Assembly: GCA_903813345.2 (NCBI GenBank)
Contig: CAIIXF020000001.1
Coordinates: 19,654,001 to 19,718,000, forward strand
Source: Owenia fusiformis
Taxonomy: Eukaryota
DNA length: 64,000 nucleotides
Direction: 5' to 3'
In this document: positions 27,656 to 40,153 of the stretch, piece after piece
Numbering within the stretch: the stretch's first letter is position 1
How the letters are laid out: every line of letters starts with the position of its first letter
The notes under the pieces: generated by a model
The model's input: only the letters and a program-made list of their open reading frames with translations
Told to the model about the DNA's origin: nothing
Databases searched by the model: none
Made by a program: the position numbers and the translations under genes

Positions 27656-27825
27656 CAGTAAAACCTGTCTAATCCGAATGCCTCTGGGACTGGCCAAAAG
27701 AGTTTGGATTAGAAGGTGTTCACATTTCAAGGCTATATGAACATGTAAGTCAATTGGAGATAACAAAATTTGGACTGAGAATATGAGTTCATATTGAGAG
27801 TTGTTAGTTCATACAGGTTTCACTG
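27656..27825. mobile_element. Pogo-like MITE
   Basis: TA|CAGTAAAACCTGT ... ACAGGTTTCACTG|TA. Confidence 0.7.
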
Positions 27826-30183
27826 TAATTACTTATTATTAGACACTACTGTTACAAGGTATGGTCAGCATATTATTCAATGATTGAAAGAGGACACCAT
27901 CTGATTCTCTGGAACAGTTAATTCATAGCTCATATTCATACTCTCATTCTATTAACTCATTTCCCCTCAGATTCTGTGTAATAATGGCATGATTATGTGG
28001 ACATCCACATTCCCCAATCACTATTGACCAGCATTGCCTTACATGGTCGACTGTTAAAATCATTTAACACTCCTTGATCAATCAGAATCAAGTATTTCAC
28101 CTAAAGTACTAATAATCTACTTCGGGATGATAATTCTTACATCAATGCCTTCTCTATGTACTATGATTGACCGATCAATCTGATACTCATCACATTTTTC
28201 TGTATTCAAACTATCAATATGTAAGGAACCTATAGGGCTATGATCTTTCACAATGGTGGCTGATAGGATTCATTGATATCTCCCTATGAGGGATGATTGG
28301 TAGTAAAACACTATCAGGCATCGTTGATTTGTTTTCTGATTTCTATCTAACTTTCACTATTCAGTCAATCAAAATGTCGAGAAGTGACTTTTATAGCTGA
28401 ATTGATTACTCCAACTGTAATGACCTATCAGTTGATTGTAGTGACCCATAGACTGATTGTAGTGACCTATGGATTAATTGTATTGACCTATTTATATACA
28501 GTATATGGTTTGATTGTAGTGACCTATGGATTAATTGTATTGACCTAATTAAGAATTACATACTGTGTTACATGATGTATTGTGAGGGCGCCATCTTTAA
28601 GAGAAGATTGCTAATTTTGCTTAAGATGTCTCCTAAAATTCAACCACTGTGTTTAATCATATATATCCATGCTCTATGAGACTCCTGCTAGACACATCAC
28701 TAGACACACAGTGTGAATGTGTTTACATTTGACACATACACCGAGAGGACAGACATCTTTTTACATGTATTTTGGCTTATAGGTATACATTGTACTAAAG
28801 AGTAAAGGAACATGAGCCAGAGACACATACACATGTGCACTGTAGATAAATGTCTTATTCTTGACACATGCATGGTATATATGCATGTGTATATTTTCAT
28901 AGATAATATCACTATATAAACACTCACATCGTAGACACTAACATGGTGAACATATTAACCTTTACTTCCATCTCTAGAAAGAATACAGTATGACCTAACT
29001 GCAGTTAAAAAAGCACTCCGGGGTTCTACAGTCTGTTAATATAGGGGTTAGGCATCTGAAGAGGTTGTTGGTGTCAGTATAGGTTGTAGACCTTGTAGGT
29101 GTCAGTATATGTTGTATGTGTCTTGAGACACTCCTCAGGTGTCATTTCGTAGCAGTGCAACGCTGCACAAAGTTATTATTCAGTATTAGCCAGATCAGTC
29201 CACAAAGATAATGAAATTGAGCTTTCAATTTAGTTGAGATGTCATTATTTTGTGCCCAGGGATTTAACCCTATCTAATATAGTCACTAAGTATAGTTGAA
29301 ATAAGATTAAAATCCGCGGAAGTTCGGTGCCATCTAAATAAGGTCTAGCTTCATAATGATCCCAACCTGACATTGCCCAAATATGGATCTCATTGGGATA
29401 ATCAGTGACAAGTTCATCTTTAAGATGAGATGTATTGCTTCACACATGTGTAAGAATTGTAGGGTGACGTAAACTCATTACATTAGGACAGGCGCCTGCC
29501 ATGTCTCTTCCAATGCCTGACACATCTCTTCCAACAGGTTTAATTGTAGCTGTTATTTCCCCTGTGTCTCTCCAAATAGTATTCATGTATTTAGTGCTGA
29601 TTTTGTTAAATACAAGTATTTACACAATGTGAAAAATAGGCTGTAGATTTTCTAACTTTAGTTAACACCTCTTCAATAATTTTATTGTTAATGATTTTTC
29701 GATTCAAGGGAGAGGATATGCGAAGATATAACGTATAGAGGTTCATTACGTCTGACAGATACGCTTTATGTAAAGAAAGTTACATCAACCTTAAGGCTAA
29801 CTAAGTTCACGGATCTTCATTAGGCAGAAGCGATTACTTCATCCTGTGTCATTTTAATCAATATGTCATCCTGTATTTAACATTATTCTCATATCATGGG
29901 TTCGTGCTACATAATCTGTGCATATTGTTCAAGTCAAAATACCCCCCCCCCCATATTTTAGAGTTGCTTTAATAAGTACTGTATGTAGATTGAGATGTAT
30001 AAAGTTCATTGCTTCTTAAATTGGAATGCCTGAAAATTCTCTCAAAAAATTGTATAATAAGCTGCCAGAAAAATTTCAATTTTGGAAAATCAAAATGTGC
30101 ATTATGGTATTGCTCTCCCAGTTCCAAACCATATATGGTGGCAGGGCAGTAAGTAAATATATGTTTATTTTGTGTGATTTTAG

Positions 30184-30394
30184 GAAACCTTAGCCTTCCT
30201 CCTTGATCATCTAAAGAAGGTTGCTAACAGGGCAGAGGCCAACAAGATGACGACACACAACCTAGCTGTGTGCTTTGGACCAGTTCTGCTTTGTCCTGCT
30301 TTGGAGAACAAATCTGAGATCGAGGTTGGGCTCGAGTTTAAGAAACACATCGAAGTGCTGAAGTATCTACTGGAAATCTGGCCTGAACAACGAG
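30184..30394 (+). CDS. SYDE: SYDE-like RhoGAP, exon encoding the end of the GAP domain
   Basis: Acceptor gattttag| (phase 0) and donor G|gtatta (phase 1). Encodes [36 protein letters not shown]...[12 protein letters not shown], containing the [14 protein letters not shown] motif. Confidence 0.93.
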
Positions 30395-30818
30395 GTATTA
30401 TAATAAAACAGAATTATCTAAAATGCACATAATAACATAGATTTGCAGGTCATGATATTTTATTTTGAAGTACAAAGTTTATTTTGGTTTAGTTTTAAAA
30501 AATAAACTAATGGAGCCCTTAAACTATAAATACTTTGACATTGAATTGAATTTGAAATTTCACAAACTAAAACAAAATAACTTTGTAAGATTATTTCTAC
30601 AACATTTTCCCCATAGTATGCATATTAAACTTATTATTTCATGCATTATATATATATATACAATATTAAAGTAGTTTGGTGTATCAGTGTCATAAATCCA
30701 TTTTTCAGTTTGTGGTGACTTATTTGAACCTGTTATCAATTTTATATTGTTCATTCGATTAAGACCATAAGACAGAATAGCATATGAATGAGAGTCATGG
30801 CTATATTGCGTTAGAGTA

Positions 30819-31093
30819 GTTGATTGATTTTTCACAAGTAATTGATTGATTTTTGACAAAGAGTTGATTGATTTTTCACAAAGAGTTTATTGATTTTTCA
30901 CAAAGAGTTGACTGAGTATTCACAAAGAGTTGATCAATCTTTCACAAAGAGTTGATTGATTGTTCACAGAGTTGATTGATTTTTCACATAGTCGATTGAT
31001 TTTTCACAAAAAGTTGATTGATTTTTCACATAGTCGATTGATTTTTCACAAAAAGTTGATTGATTTTTCACATAGTCTATTGATTTTTCACAA
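30819..31093. repeat. 20/22-bp minisatellite, 13 copies
   Basis: Unit GTTGATTGATTTTTCACAAAGA; the last units alternate 20 and 22 bp. Confidence 0.92.
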
Positions 31094-31151
31094 TTAATGA
31101 ACTCATAATTCATAATTACATACAATTAGTAGTTCCTTCCACTCTCACTGT

Positions 31152-31653
31152 TTATTTCTGTTTAATTTTCATAACCACTTTTTTCAGAGAGTAAAAGTTT
31201 GTGTCTCGTATATTTCTCCACACCACTCCATCTCCCCAAAAGCTGTTTGTTGAGTAGGGCCCTCCGTAATAGTACCTGCCATTGAGGTTACTATTATAGC
31301 AGTTGTTATACCACCAGGCCCCATGGCCCCATTCAACACACAACCCATCATTGAGGTCATTGCGTCTGTCCCTAGTGCTGAATTCCATTTCATTATGATA
31401 ACTCAATGCATCACCAGCGTTACCATGGTACCCACTCGCGTGTAACTTGTAGTTTTCATCCTCTGATCCTATTTTGAATGAGTCATACTCTGCATATCTC
31501 ATGTTGTCTTCCCAGTCGTACAACTCAATTTTCAGTTTACTGTCGTACACATTGGTGAGGATGTGAATATGCTTATTCCCAAGATAATGGTCTGCAAGTA
31601 GATCGCCAAATCCATTTTTGTAGTCTTCCCAGTTCCGATAGAAATCAACATTC
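31152..31653 (-). CDS. Angiopoietin-like / fibrinogen-related protein, exon 3 (rest of the fibrinogen C-terminal domain)
   Basis: Acceptor attgcag| (phase 2). Encodes NVDFYRNWEDYKNGFG...YLGNKHIH...FSTRDRRND...C...GAWWYNNCYNSNLNG...YSLKKVVMKIKQK*. The spliced CDS is 1210+145+502 = 1857 nt, giving 618 aa. Confidence 0.95.
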
Positions 31654-31929
31654 CTGCAATGTTCAATCATATTAGGGCAATGTTTGGCTAAAAGCGATGC
31701 TTGTTATCTGGCAATAAGAAAGACAATGGACTCTAACCTGAAATACATTTAATCAGTCACATGTAGAAGGGGTCTTTGCATTGTGGGATCCACAGTCTCT
31801 GCTATCCAATACATGCTTTATATAAAGAGAGACTGATAAATTAGAATGGGATGTTTGCCATTGTTTGCTCATTGCTATGAATAGTTATGAATCAGTATAA
31901 TAAAAACAAGAAAGTTTAATTTGGCTTAC

Positions 31930-32074
31930 CCATCTTGCCTCCTCTGTATGACTACCCAACCGTCAGAGCCCTCCATGTCACAGTATGCTGGGAAGGGAGC
32001 TCTTGTGTCTGGGCGCAATGAATAAATACCACTAATAGATTCGTAATACTGGAGGGCATCTTGACAGTTAATAT
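31930..32074 (-). CDS. Angiopoietin-like / fibrinogen-related protein, exon 2 (start of the fibrinogen C-terminal domain)
   Basis: Not in the ORF track; read manually. Acceptor tttcag| and donor GG|gtaag. Translates (Y)INCQDALQYYESISGIYSLRPDTRAPFPAYCDMEGSDGWVVIQRRQD(G), the classic FReD start C...SGIY...YCDM...GWxVIQRR. Confidence 0.93.
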
Positions 32075-32385
32075 CTGAAAATGATAACACACAATAATGA
32101 TAACATAGTACTAATCAATAGTAATCATGAGTGACAGAGTTTAAGTTTCACTGGAAACTGCAACCTTTAATTGTGGAACAATCTTCTCTATTGTGGTGAA
32201 ATCTTCTTGAATTTTCATTTGTATAGAGTTATATTGTAACAATGACTTTGACATTGAGAATGCAGTGAATACCAAGCGTGAGAAGATGTCTAGAATTACC
32301 CTTGCACCTAATCATAGTGCTCAAGTATATCCTACTTTGCCTTCATCATTGGACTTTAATGTTGTAACAGAATAAGAATACTCAC

Positions 32386-33595
32386 ATGTTGGCTGTCTGA
32401 TCAATGGTTGACCAATGTTGGCCAGAATACCTCTGATTGCATCCAAGTCTCGTTTCATTTGAACCAACTCATTATCTTTGGCATTCAACTTTCTCTCTAG
32501 CATTAAAACATGTTCACTTTTTGCACTTTGATCTTTCGCTGATGCGACTTCCCCCATCAGCCTGTGTTCAAGATTATCCATCCTTGCAGTTTGCTGTTCA
32601 TCTCTCGTGTCATCTTCATGTTTTTGCTGGATTAATTGTTCAATAAGATCCTGTTGTTTTTCATTGGTATCTTCAACATTCATTAATCTTTCTTTTAACT
32701 GTTCCCCCTCTGCCTGTATAATTGTTTCTATTTGGTTAGTACGTTGCTGTAATGATTTAATCAACTTACGGTTATCTTGAGTGAGGCTGCCTTGGTTGTT
32801 CAGTTTCTCTTGTAGTCCATTTATTTGTCTCTTGAACTCAAGGAGATCAGATAAAGTCTGATATGTCTGGTTTCTTAATTCTTCCCTGTCAGCCCATCCA
32901 GACATAACTTGTGTATTTAACATGTTTATCTTGTCTTTGTTATCATTTTCATTCTGTTCAATGATGGCATTAAAGTTTTCTTGAATGGTTGTCATGTCTC
33001 TCTGGAAGGTGTCATCAACAGCCTTGACAGATTCATACATCTTTTCAATCTTATTTTCAAAATCGAGTTCTAGGTTTTTAATTTCAACTGAAAGTGCTTG
33101 GGCTGTTTCACGCATCTCTTTTTTCAGACTATGTATACTTGTTTGGTTCTTGGCTTCAAAGATAAGATTAGCTAGCTGTGTCTGTAGTTTGACGAGAGAC
33201 CGTATGTCATTACCTTTTCCCATTACGTCATTATTTGATGATTTGTTCAGTAGAATCTCAATGTTTTGTGATTGTTTCTCAATAATCCTCCGTAGTTGGT
33301 TCGTATGGGCCTGCTTTTTGTTTCCCATATATTCACCTCTCCAACCATCCGGAAAAGTCTCGTATTTCAGACAGTCATCATTCTCTACCTTTTCCCTGAA
33401 AAGTTTATAGTAACATTTTGTCTCATCATCATGTAGAGTTGGTGTCAATGGTGTTGTCTCCCCATTGAATAATACAGCTTCTGGTGGATCACTTGTATTC
33501 ATGTCTTCATCAAATAGAACTGGCTTAGGGTCATCTACTGGTCCCGCATTAGCAAAAACTATGCAACACACAAATAAAGTTATTGCATATATCAT
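32386..33595 (-). CDS. Secreted angiopoietin-like / fibrinogen-related protein, exon 1 (signal peptide + long coiled coil)
   Basis: ATG at 33595 starts the hydrophobic signal peptide MIYAITLFVCCIVFANA, followed by a long Q/E/K/L-rich heptad-like region. Donor ACA T|gtgagt at 32386/5 (phase 1). Confidence 0.88.
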
Positions 33596-35532
33596 TGTGC
33601 TAGTTAAACCTTCTACCTTCTCTGCCTACACATTTAATGTGGTACAATCACAGTTGTATACTAGCCAATAATGGAACTGTAAAAAATATGTGAAACTTAG
33701 AATCTCAAGGATTGCAACACTTTTAAATCTGATAGCTACTCCAAAGAAGATAATTAATATAGGACTTAAGTGCTTGAAATGAATGAAAATATAGTGGTTG
33801 ATACGCAACAGTACTTGACTTAAAGGTACAACCAGTGATAGAGAGGAACTTTTTTAAAACATATATTTTTATTTTTGGTACTGTTTGTTTCTTTATAATG
33901 CTTCAATCAGATTCTTTCCAGATTATAATGTAATACATTATATCCTCAGTGCACAATAATAGTTATACTTTTTAGTTAAGGCCACATTTATTTTCAGCTT
34001 AATTACTAGCACTTTAGTAGACCCCTTAATGCTACATTTAAGTTCAGTCTTGCATTTACATTGCAAATATTTTGATTTTCACCTTTATGATATGAAAGGT
34101 GGAACACACAGCACTAATCTATGGTGGGCAGACTATCTAGTTGTATATCATATTTTAAATTTATGTCTTTAGGGTAAAAATAAATGTTTTAAAGAACTAG
34201 GTAGTAGGTCACAGTGACCTACTGATATTTTATTTTCTCAGATTATTAGACTTTACTTTTTAGTCTTTAACATCTTTAATTTCCACAATGCAGGAAATAA
34301 ACCCCAAAATACTCAAATTCAACACGATGCCCCGTTGACTAAAACTATAGCAGTCTGCACATGTACGTCTTGTCTCTATTGGCAACTGTTGAAACTTCAC
34401 GGGGCAGATGTACCTGATAATATAGGACTTAATACGATTCATATTGATTAGGTTTGCATCTATGCAATGTTCATGGATACTGTGCTATATGAGGTGGGGG
34501 GGGGGGGGTTAGGTGGGGGATTGTTAAATGATGACTTGTTTACAGAAGTCATTTCAGCATATTATCCATGAATGTAATCTTCATTTGCTGTAGTGCTTTT
34601 TCACTTTGTATGTTTAATTTATTGTTTATTTGCTTTGGCCACATATGATACCATTGTCCCTTGAATGTGAAGCCTTTAAATAAGGTGGTTCCCTGGTTTC
34701 CCTCCCTCTCCTGACTGACCAGCTGACTCAAATCTCATGCATAGGTCCATGTATTATCTCACCACCACAAATGTTGACATATTGTTGTAGTCTCAAACTT
34801 TTTGTGGACAGTGTTGTGTTCAGCGTTTGGTGTTCAACATTTGCATTCCATAGTCAGCGTCTGTAACGAATCGCATTTGGTGACATTTTGCATATTAATG
34901 CCTTGCTATTTCAATATACCTTATAAATCTGAAATGTATGTGATCACTAATGAAACCAAACCCTAAACCCATTGGATACACCGTTTTTGCATTTTTATTA
35001 TTTTGTTGTTGGCTTGTTATATATGTATATTCAGTTATAAATTGAAAAGGTTATCCCTCATATAAATTCAACATACTAAACTTCATCTTACATGTCTTAT
35101 ACAGTATTGTAATATTTTTTTTATATATGTTTGTACAAAAGGTAATTATGTTATAAAACTGTTTAATATATTTGATGTACAGTTTAAACCTTAATAAATG
35201 TATATGTTGTCAAATCTCATTTTCTCTCCTTTAATTTTGTGTAAATGATGTACATGTATGTTACCTTTCAAAAATTTCCACATTTTTTTTCAAATAAGTT
35301 AAAATTGTTTGACCAAGTGGTTGAATATAAATGTGCTTAGAATCATCATCATAATCCCGTACTAATAAATAGATACTAATAAATGTATATTATCATTTTG
35401 CCAAATTTTGTGTGCGTAGTTTTGAAACATCAATTAACTAGGCCTACGTACATGTTTATCATGTAAAAATAATTGGTTCAGCCTTAGTGTAAGTCTGAAG
35501 AGAGAATGAATTTTGTATTTGGTTGATTCCAG

Positions 35533-35801
35533 AATTGAAGAGCAACCCAGCAACTTCACCGCAGAGATCCATTATGAGAGCGACGTTACAGGAAGTCGCC
35601 ACAGGCTCTCCCCAGAGGTCAACAATCAGGGCAGCAAATATATCACAATCCCCAAAAACCTCCCCTCAGAAGTCTTCATTTCGGGTGGCTCCTGAGGGTA
35701 GCCATGAGTCACCCAATAGAAGATCTAGGTCAAGGTCATCAGAGAGAAAACCAAAGGGAGAGGTGACGTGGTTAGATTCTGAGGAGGTCTCTACATGTTA
35801 G
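35533..35801 (+). CDS. SYDE: SYDE-like RhoGAP, probable terminal exon (Ser/Pro/Arg-rich tail)
   Basis: Acceptor ttccag| with phase 1 matching the previous donor. Open frame (E)LKSNPATSPQRS...RSRSRSS...EEVSTC ends at TAG 35799-35801. GC-richer than the flanks. Confidence 0.75.
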
Positions 35802-36293
35802 GGACATTGAAAAGTGAGCCGAAATAACAGGAAAATACCAAAGATGACTTTCTTTCTACATTATTATACATGTCAATATATCTAGAGATCATTATGTTAT
35901 ATATTGAATATAAAACAGCTTAGATCACATATTGCATTACAAGAAGTGAGGGTAGTTTTAGTGCAACACCCTCTATGACAACCTTAGTGAGAATAAGTTT
36001 TTAATCTAATCAGTGAATACCAAGATAATAAGTGTGAAACACAAAGGCCAATTTGAAGGCAGGGAATTCCTCTGAATGAGGTAACATCATATCAATGTGT
36101 ATAGGAAGGAAACATGACAGCCGACATCTGAATAATCTTGAGTAGTATGTTTGGAAACCTTTAACATACCCTCATGATAAAAGAATGTGCAATGTCCATA
36201 CAGAAACCGTGAATACATGTATGTCCTAAGGGTAATGCTATTAGACTTGATCTACAATATCTAGACTTATTGTGTACCAGAGTTTCTTTAGAT

Positions 36294-36404
36294 CAGGGTG
36301 TTTATTTGAAAGAGAATTTTAGAAAAAATTGGTCTCTGAAAAGGCCCATTGGCATTCTTTTTTAAATTGCTCCTGAAACGGGCCTATCCAAAATAAACAC
36401 CCTG
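36294..36404. mobile_element. 111-bp MITE-like element
   Basis: 14-bp perfect inverted repeat CAGGGTGTTTATTT ... AAATAAACACCCTG; no clear TSD. Confidence 0.55.
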
Positions 36405-38394
36405 CTAGCCAAATATCGTAAAACTCTGGCATTTAGATCAGTGCAGTACATAACGCTTTCTTACATACCTATTATTATGAAATGAAACAATTAGAGGAAC
36501 TTGAAATAGATTGAGAAGAAGAATTACTCACCTGGAATTGATGAGAGCTACTTTTACAGGAAAGGTTTCAAATGTGAACAATCATCTTTTCTGTGACCAA
36601 TCCTTCGACTCCCATGTTAACAAGCCTCCAAATGTGACCAGGGCTTTAGTATGTGATGCATTACTACCAGAATATTATTTATAACAGATCTCGGATTTAT
36701 TTTGTATTAGATGGTACAGCATCTCTTATATTGAAGCTTGAAAAAGATTTGTTTTGAAAGAAAATTAATCGCCTTTTTAAATGAAAATTTTGTAGCTGCT
36801 TACAAGGTGAGGAATTTTTTCAAGCTTTGATATTTTCCAAAAAGAAGGTTAGTGCCCAAGTCTATTAATTGTGTAAGTAACATATCATTATGAATTAAAA
36901 ATATTTTAGTGTTCTCAAGGATGAGAATTGCAGTTATTGGCCATTTCATGAGGTGCCTTCATGATGTTAACATAAAATTACATGCATAATAAAAAATTTT
37001 AATTCCCAAGATTGTCCATCTTTTGAAGTTCACCAAACTGTTATTGTATTAAATTGTCATTTATTTATTCGTTATATTTTCTAGTCTTAATTTATTTACA
37101 TTATTATCATGTGAAAAATACATAAAGAATTATAAAATTCAATTGAATGATCTGTATTGGGTACTGAAACAATTTACTTAATTTAACATTTCATATCAGA
37201 CCATGATACATTACACGAAAAGAGACCCTGGCCAAGCATATATTTTATGAATCATTAGGTTTCTAAAATTCAGCCTTTTTAGTTGTAGATCAGTTGGAAG
37301 TTATTAAAATTGAAATTAAAAGAAGAAAAATGGAAGTTTATTTATTTTTAGAATACTACCTCGTATTGGATATTCACCATGAGTGCTGTACTTTGTATAT
37401 TTTAGTGCATGATGTATGTAAGATCTCGCATTTGTTATGATATGTATGTATCTAAAATCATGAGACATAAGCTATGTTTGAAGATATTATCCATTGAGTA
37501 GAGCTGTTTAGTGATTAAAATCTGTAGGAAGGGGACAATAGCTGTGTGTAATAGGTTCAGTTTTATAAGTCAAATTATAGCCTGCAAGACCTACCTTAGT
37601 AAGTATCCTCTTTTGAAATATGGAAAGTGCAAATATTGAAGAGGTTGCATTTGGAATACGTCTCTCCCACTTTCAGCAGGTGCATAATGTAACAAACATC
37701 CATTTGAGTCCATTGGGAGTCATTTCATCTCATTCCAGTTATAATGCAAGATCTATATATTTATTTTGGAGAGTTCTGTAAACACATTGTATTATATTGT
37801 TATTTTACAACTTACAGTCTATTATGTTATTTATCAAATCATTCCAGGATATATTTATTTGACCACTTTTAAGTAGGTCACATGACACATGCAAATGACA
37901 CATTAATTATATTTACAAACTGATTTGTTTTAGAATCGTGTATTTTTGATGAGTTGTTGGAATATACTTTACTGTTTGATTTTTAAAGTATAATTATGTT
38001 ACAAATGTACCAAGTATTGACTGAAAGAGTCTCTTATATTATATTATGTTTGTTTTATATTTTGTGTTATTATTACTGTCCAACTGACTGTGCAATAAGG
38101 TAATCATGAGTACACATATAAATATAGATGGCATATGTGTAGACTGGTTCCACTCCATCGATTAAAATCAATTTATTATATAAATAACAATATTTGATAG
38201 ATATAGAACAAATATTAATACACTCTTGAAATGGGCTTCATAAGTGAACATTTTGAAATACTCAAACATACATGTACAGTAGGTGTATTTGTTGCCAGCA
38301 GTATAATCACAAACATGACAGTGTGGAAGCATGTGTATGGGATAATTTAACATTTCTGGGCTGAAACTTTTTGAGATCTGGTATATGTATATGC

Positions 38395-38753
38395 TATTGC
38401 ATGTAAGAATATACTATTTCATGTATAAGTACATTATACAATATGTAAGAGTATGATATACAAGGAAGAGTACAATATATATTAAAGAGTACAGGATAAA
38501 AGTGAAAGTACAATGTATATGTTAGAGCATGGTATACATGTAAAAGTAAAGTATATAATGTGGTATACAATATGGATATAAGAGTATAATATACATGTAT
38601 GAGTACAGTGTATGTAAGAGTAAAAACAGGTATGTTGGAGTATGTAATATACTCATGAGAGTACAATATACATGTATGAGTACAGTGTATGTAAGAGTAA
38701 AAACAGGTATGTTGGAGTATGTAATATACTCATGAGAGTACAATATACATGTA
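38395..38753. repeat. Degenerate AT-rich tandem repeat ending in an exact 77-bp duplication
   Basis: ATACATGTATGAGTACAGTGTATGTAAGAG... occurs at 38591 and 38668. Confidence 0.8.
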
Positions 38754-40153
38754 AGAAGTTTTTTGTAGTATTATAAGTTGACCATGACCATAAATAGAAC
38801 ATTGACCATGACATGAAGGTATATATACCTTAAGGAATACAATGAGAACCAACATAAATTAAACATCTTTGAAATTTTTGTTTCAAAATAGATGTCTTCT
38901 TTTTCGAACATTGCTCTCAAAACGGAAAATTTTATTATTAATGTTTGGTGAGGGCACTTTTTGTAGCCACATTGAGGTGTATCATTTTAGCCACATTGAG
39001 TAATATCATTCTTAGCCACATTGAGGTTTATCTCATTGTCTCAATTATATCAAAAAATTGCATTTGACACCTTTCTTTAGAAGGGTATTTTGGATTGAAT
39101 TAGATTGACTGAAGATATGTAAAGATGTATTATAAATGCACAAAATTGTACATATGAAGAAGTAGCAGATAGTCAAATAAAAAGAAAATAATGAACCAAA
39201 TATTGTTTTTCTGTTTTCGAGTTTCTCTTGCATCAATCGCATATGCCTTAATTTTCTGACATATTTTCTTCATATTCTCAGACACACCTTCTTATTTTTG
39301 TTTATACAACAAAATGTATGAGCTACATGTAAACCAATGGAACTGATGGGTGAGTAGGAAAGAGAAATGAAACAGAAGACCCCTAGGTCGGACCAGTTTC
39401 CCAAACTAACTTTGACAGTCCAATCCAAGAAGTTATAACTTATTTTGCATTCCTACTTTCCTCTATTTCAGGTTGACATTAATTGTTATAGTCTCCAACA
39501 TTTTTGTGGATGGTAGTTGGCGTTCGGTGGTCGGTGTAACAAATTGAAGGTGGTGACATTTTGCATGTTAATGCCTTTTAACATTTAAAATTTATTTTCA
39601 TATAATATAAATTTTCATCAGTATTTGTATGATGGAAATACAATCCCTTCTATCTCTCTAATAGGTAAACATTTGAAAATCAAATGCATTTAGTACAATG
39701 ACTAGGTCGGCAGAAAGATGTCAGTAGTGGTCTTTCTTCTCTTCAGACAGACCCCTACTGCCATCTTTCTTTCAATCTTTTCTTCGCCTTGTCAGTTGTC
39801 ACCCATTTGTTTAAATTACCATCTTTTGGAGCCACCGAACGGTACATTTGATGAATTTGCTTAATCTCTGGCTAATTTGATAAAATTTTACCAGTTAGCT
39901 ATTTGCCTTTGCTTGAATTCTGCCTTTGCTTAAATTGAATTAAAATTTTGGTTGATTTTATTAATTTTTGCCAATTTGGCAATTAAAGTTTTATCTTTGC
40001 CAAAAAATTGCATGAGCAAAATCATAAGACAAGTGAAATATCCCAATTTTTGACCAATTTCGTCCATTTGGGACATTAAGGGAAAAGAATCTAGAACTCT
40101 TTTCAACAAAGACCTGTGATATCCCTTTAAACTTTATGTTATAAATAGCTCAA

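Noticed and set aside
32985-33410. 141-aa + strand ORF (also 32437-32646, 33465-33671)
   Set aside because: Antisense shadow of the angiopoietin-like exon 1, with no independent coding signal.
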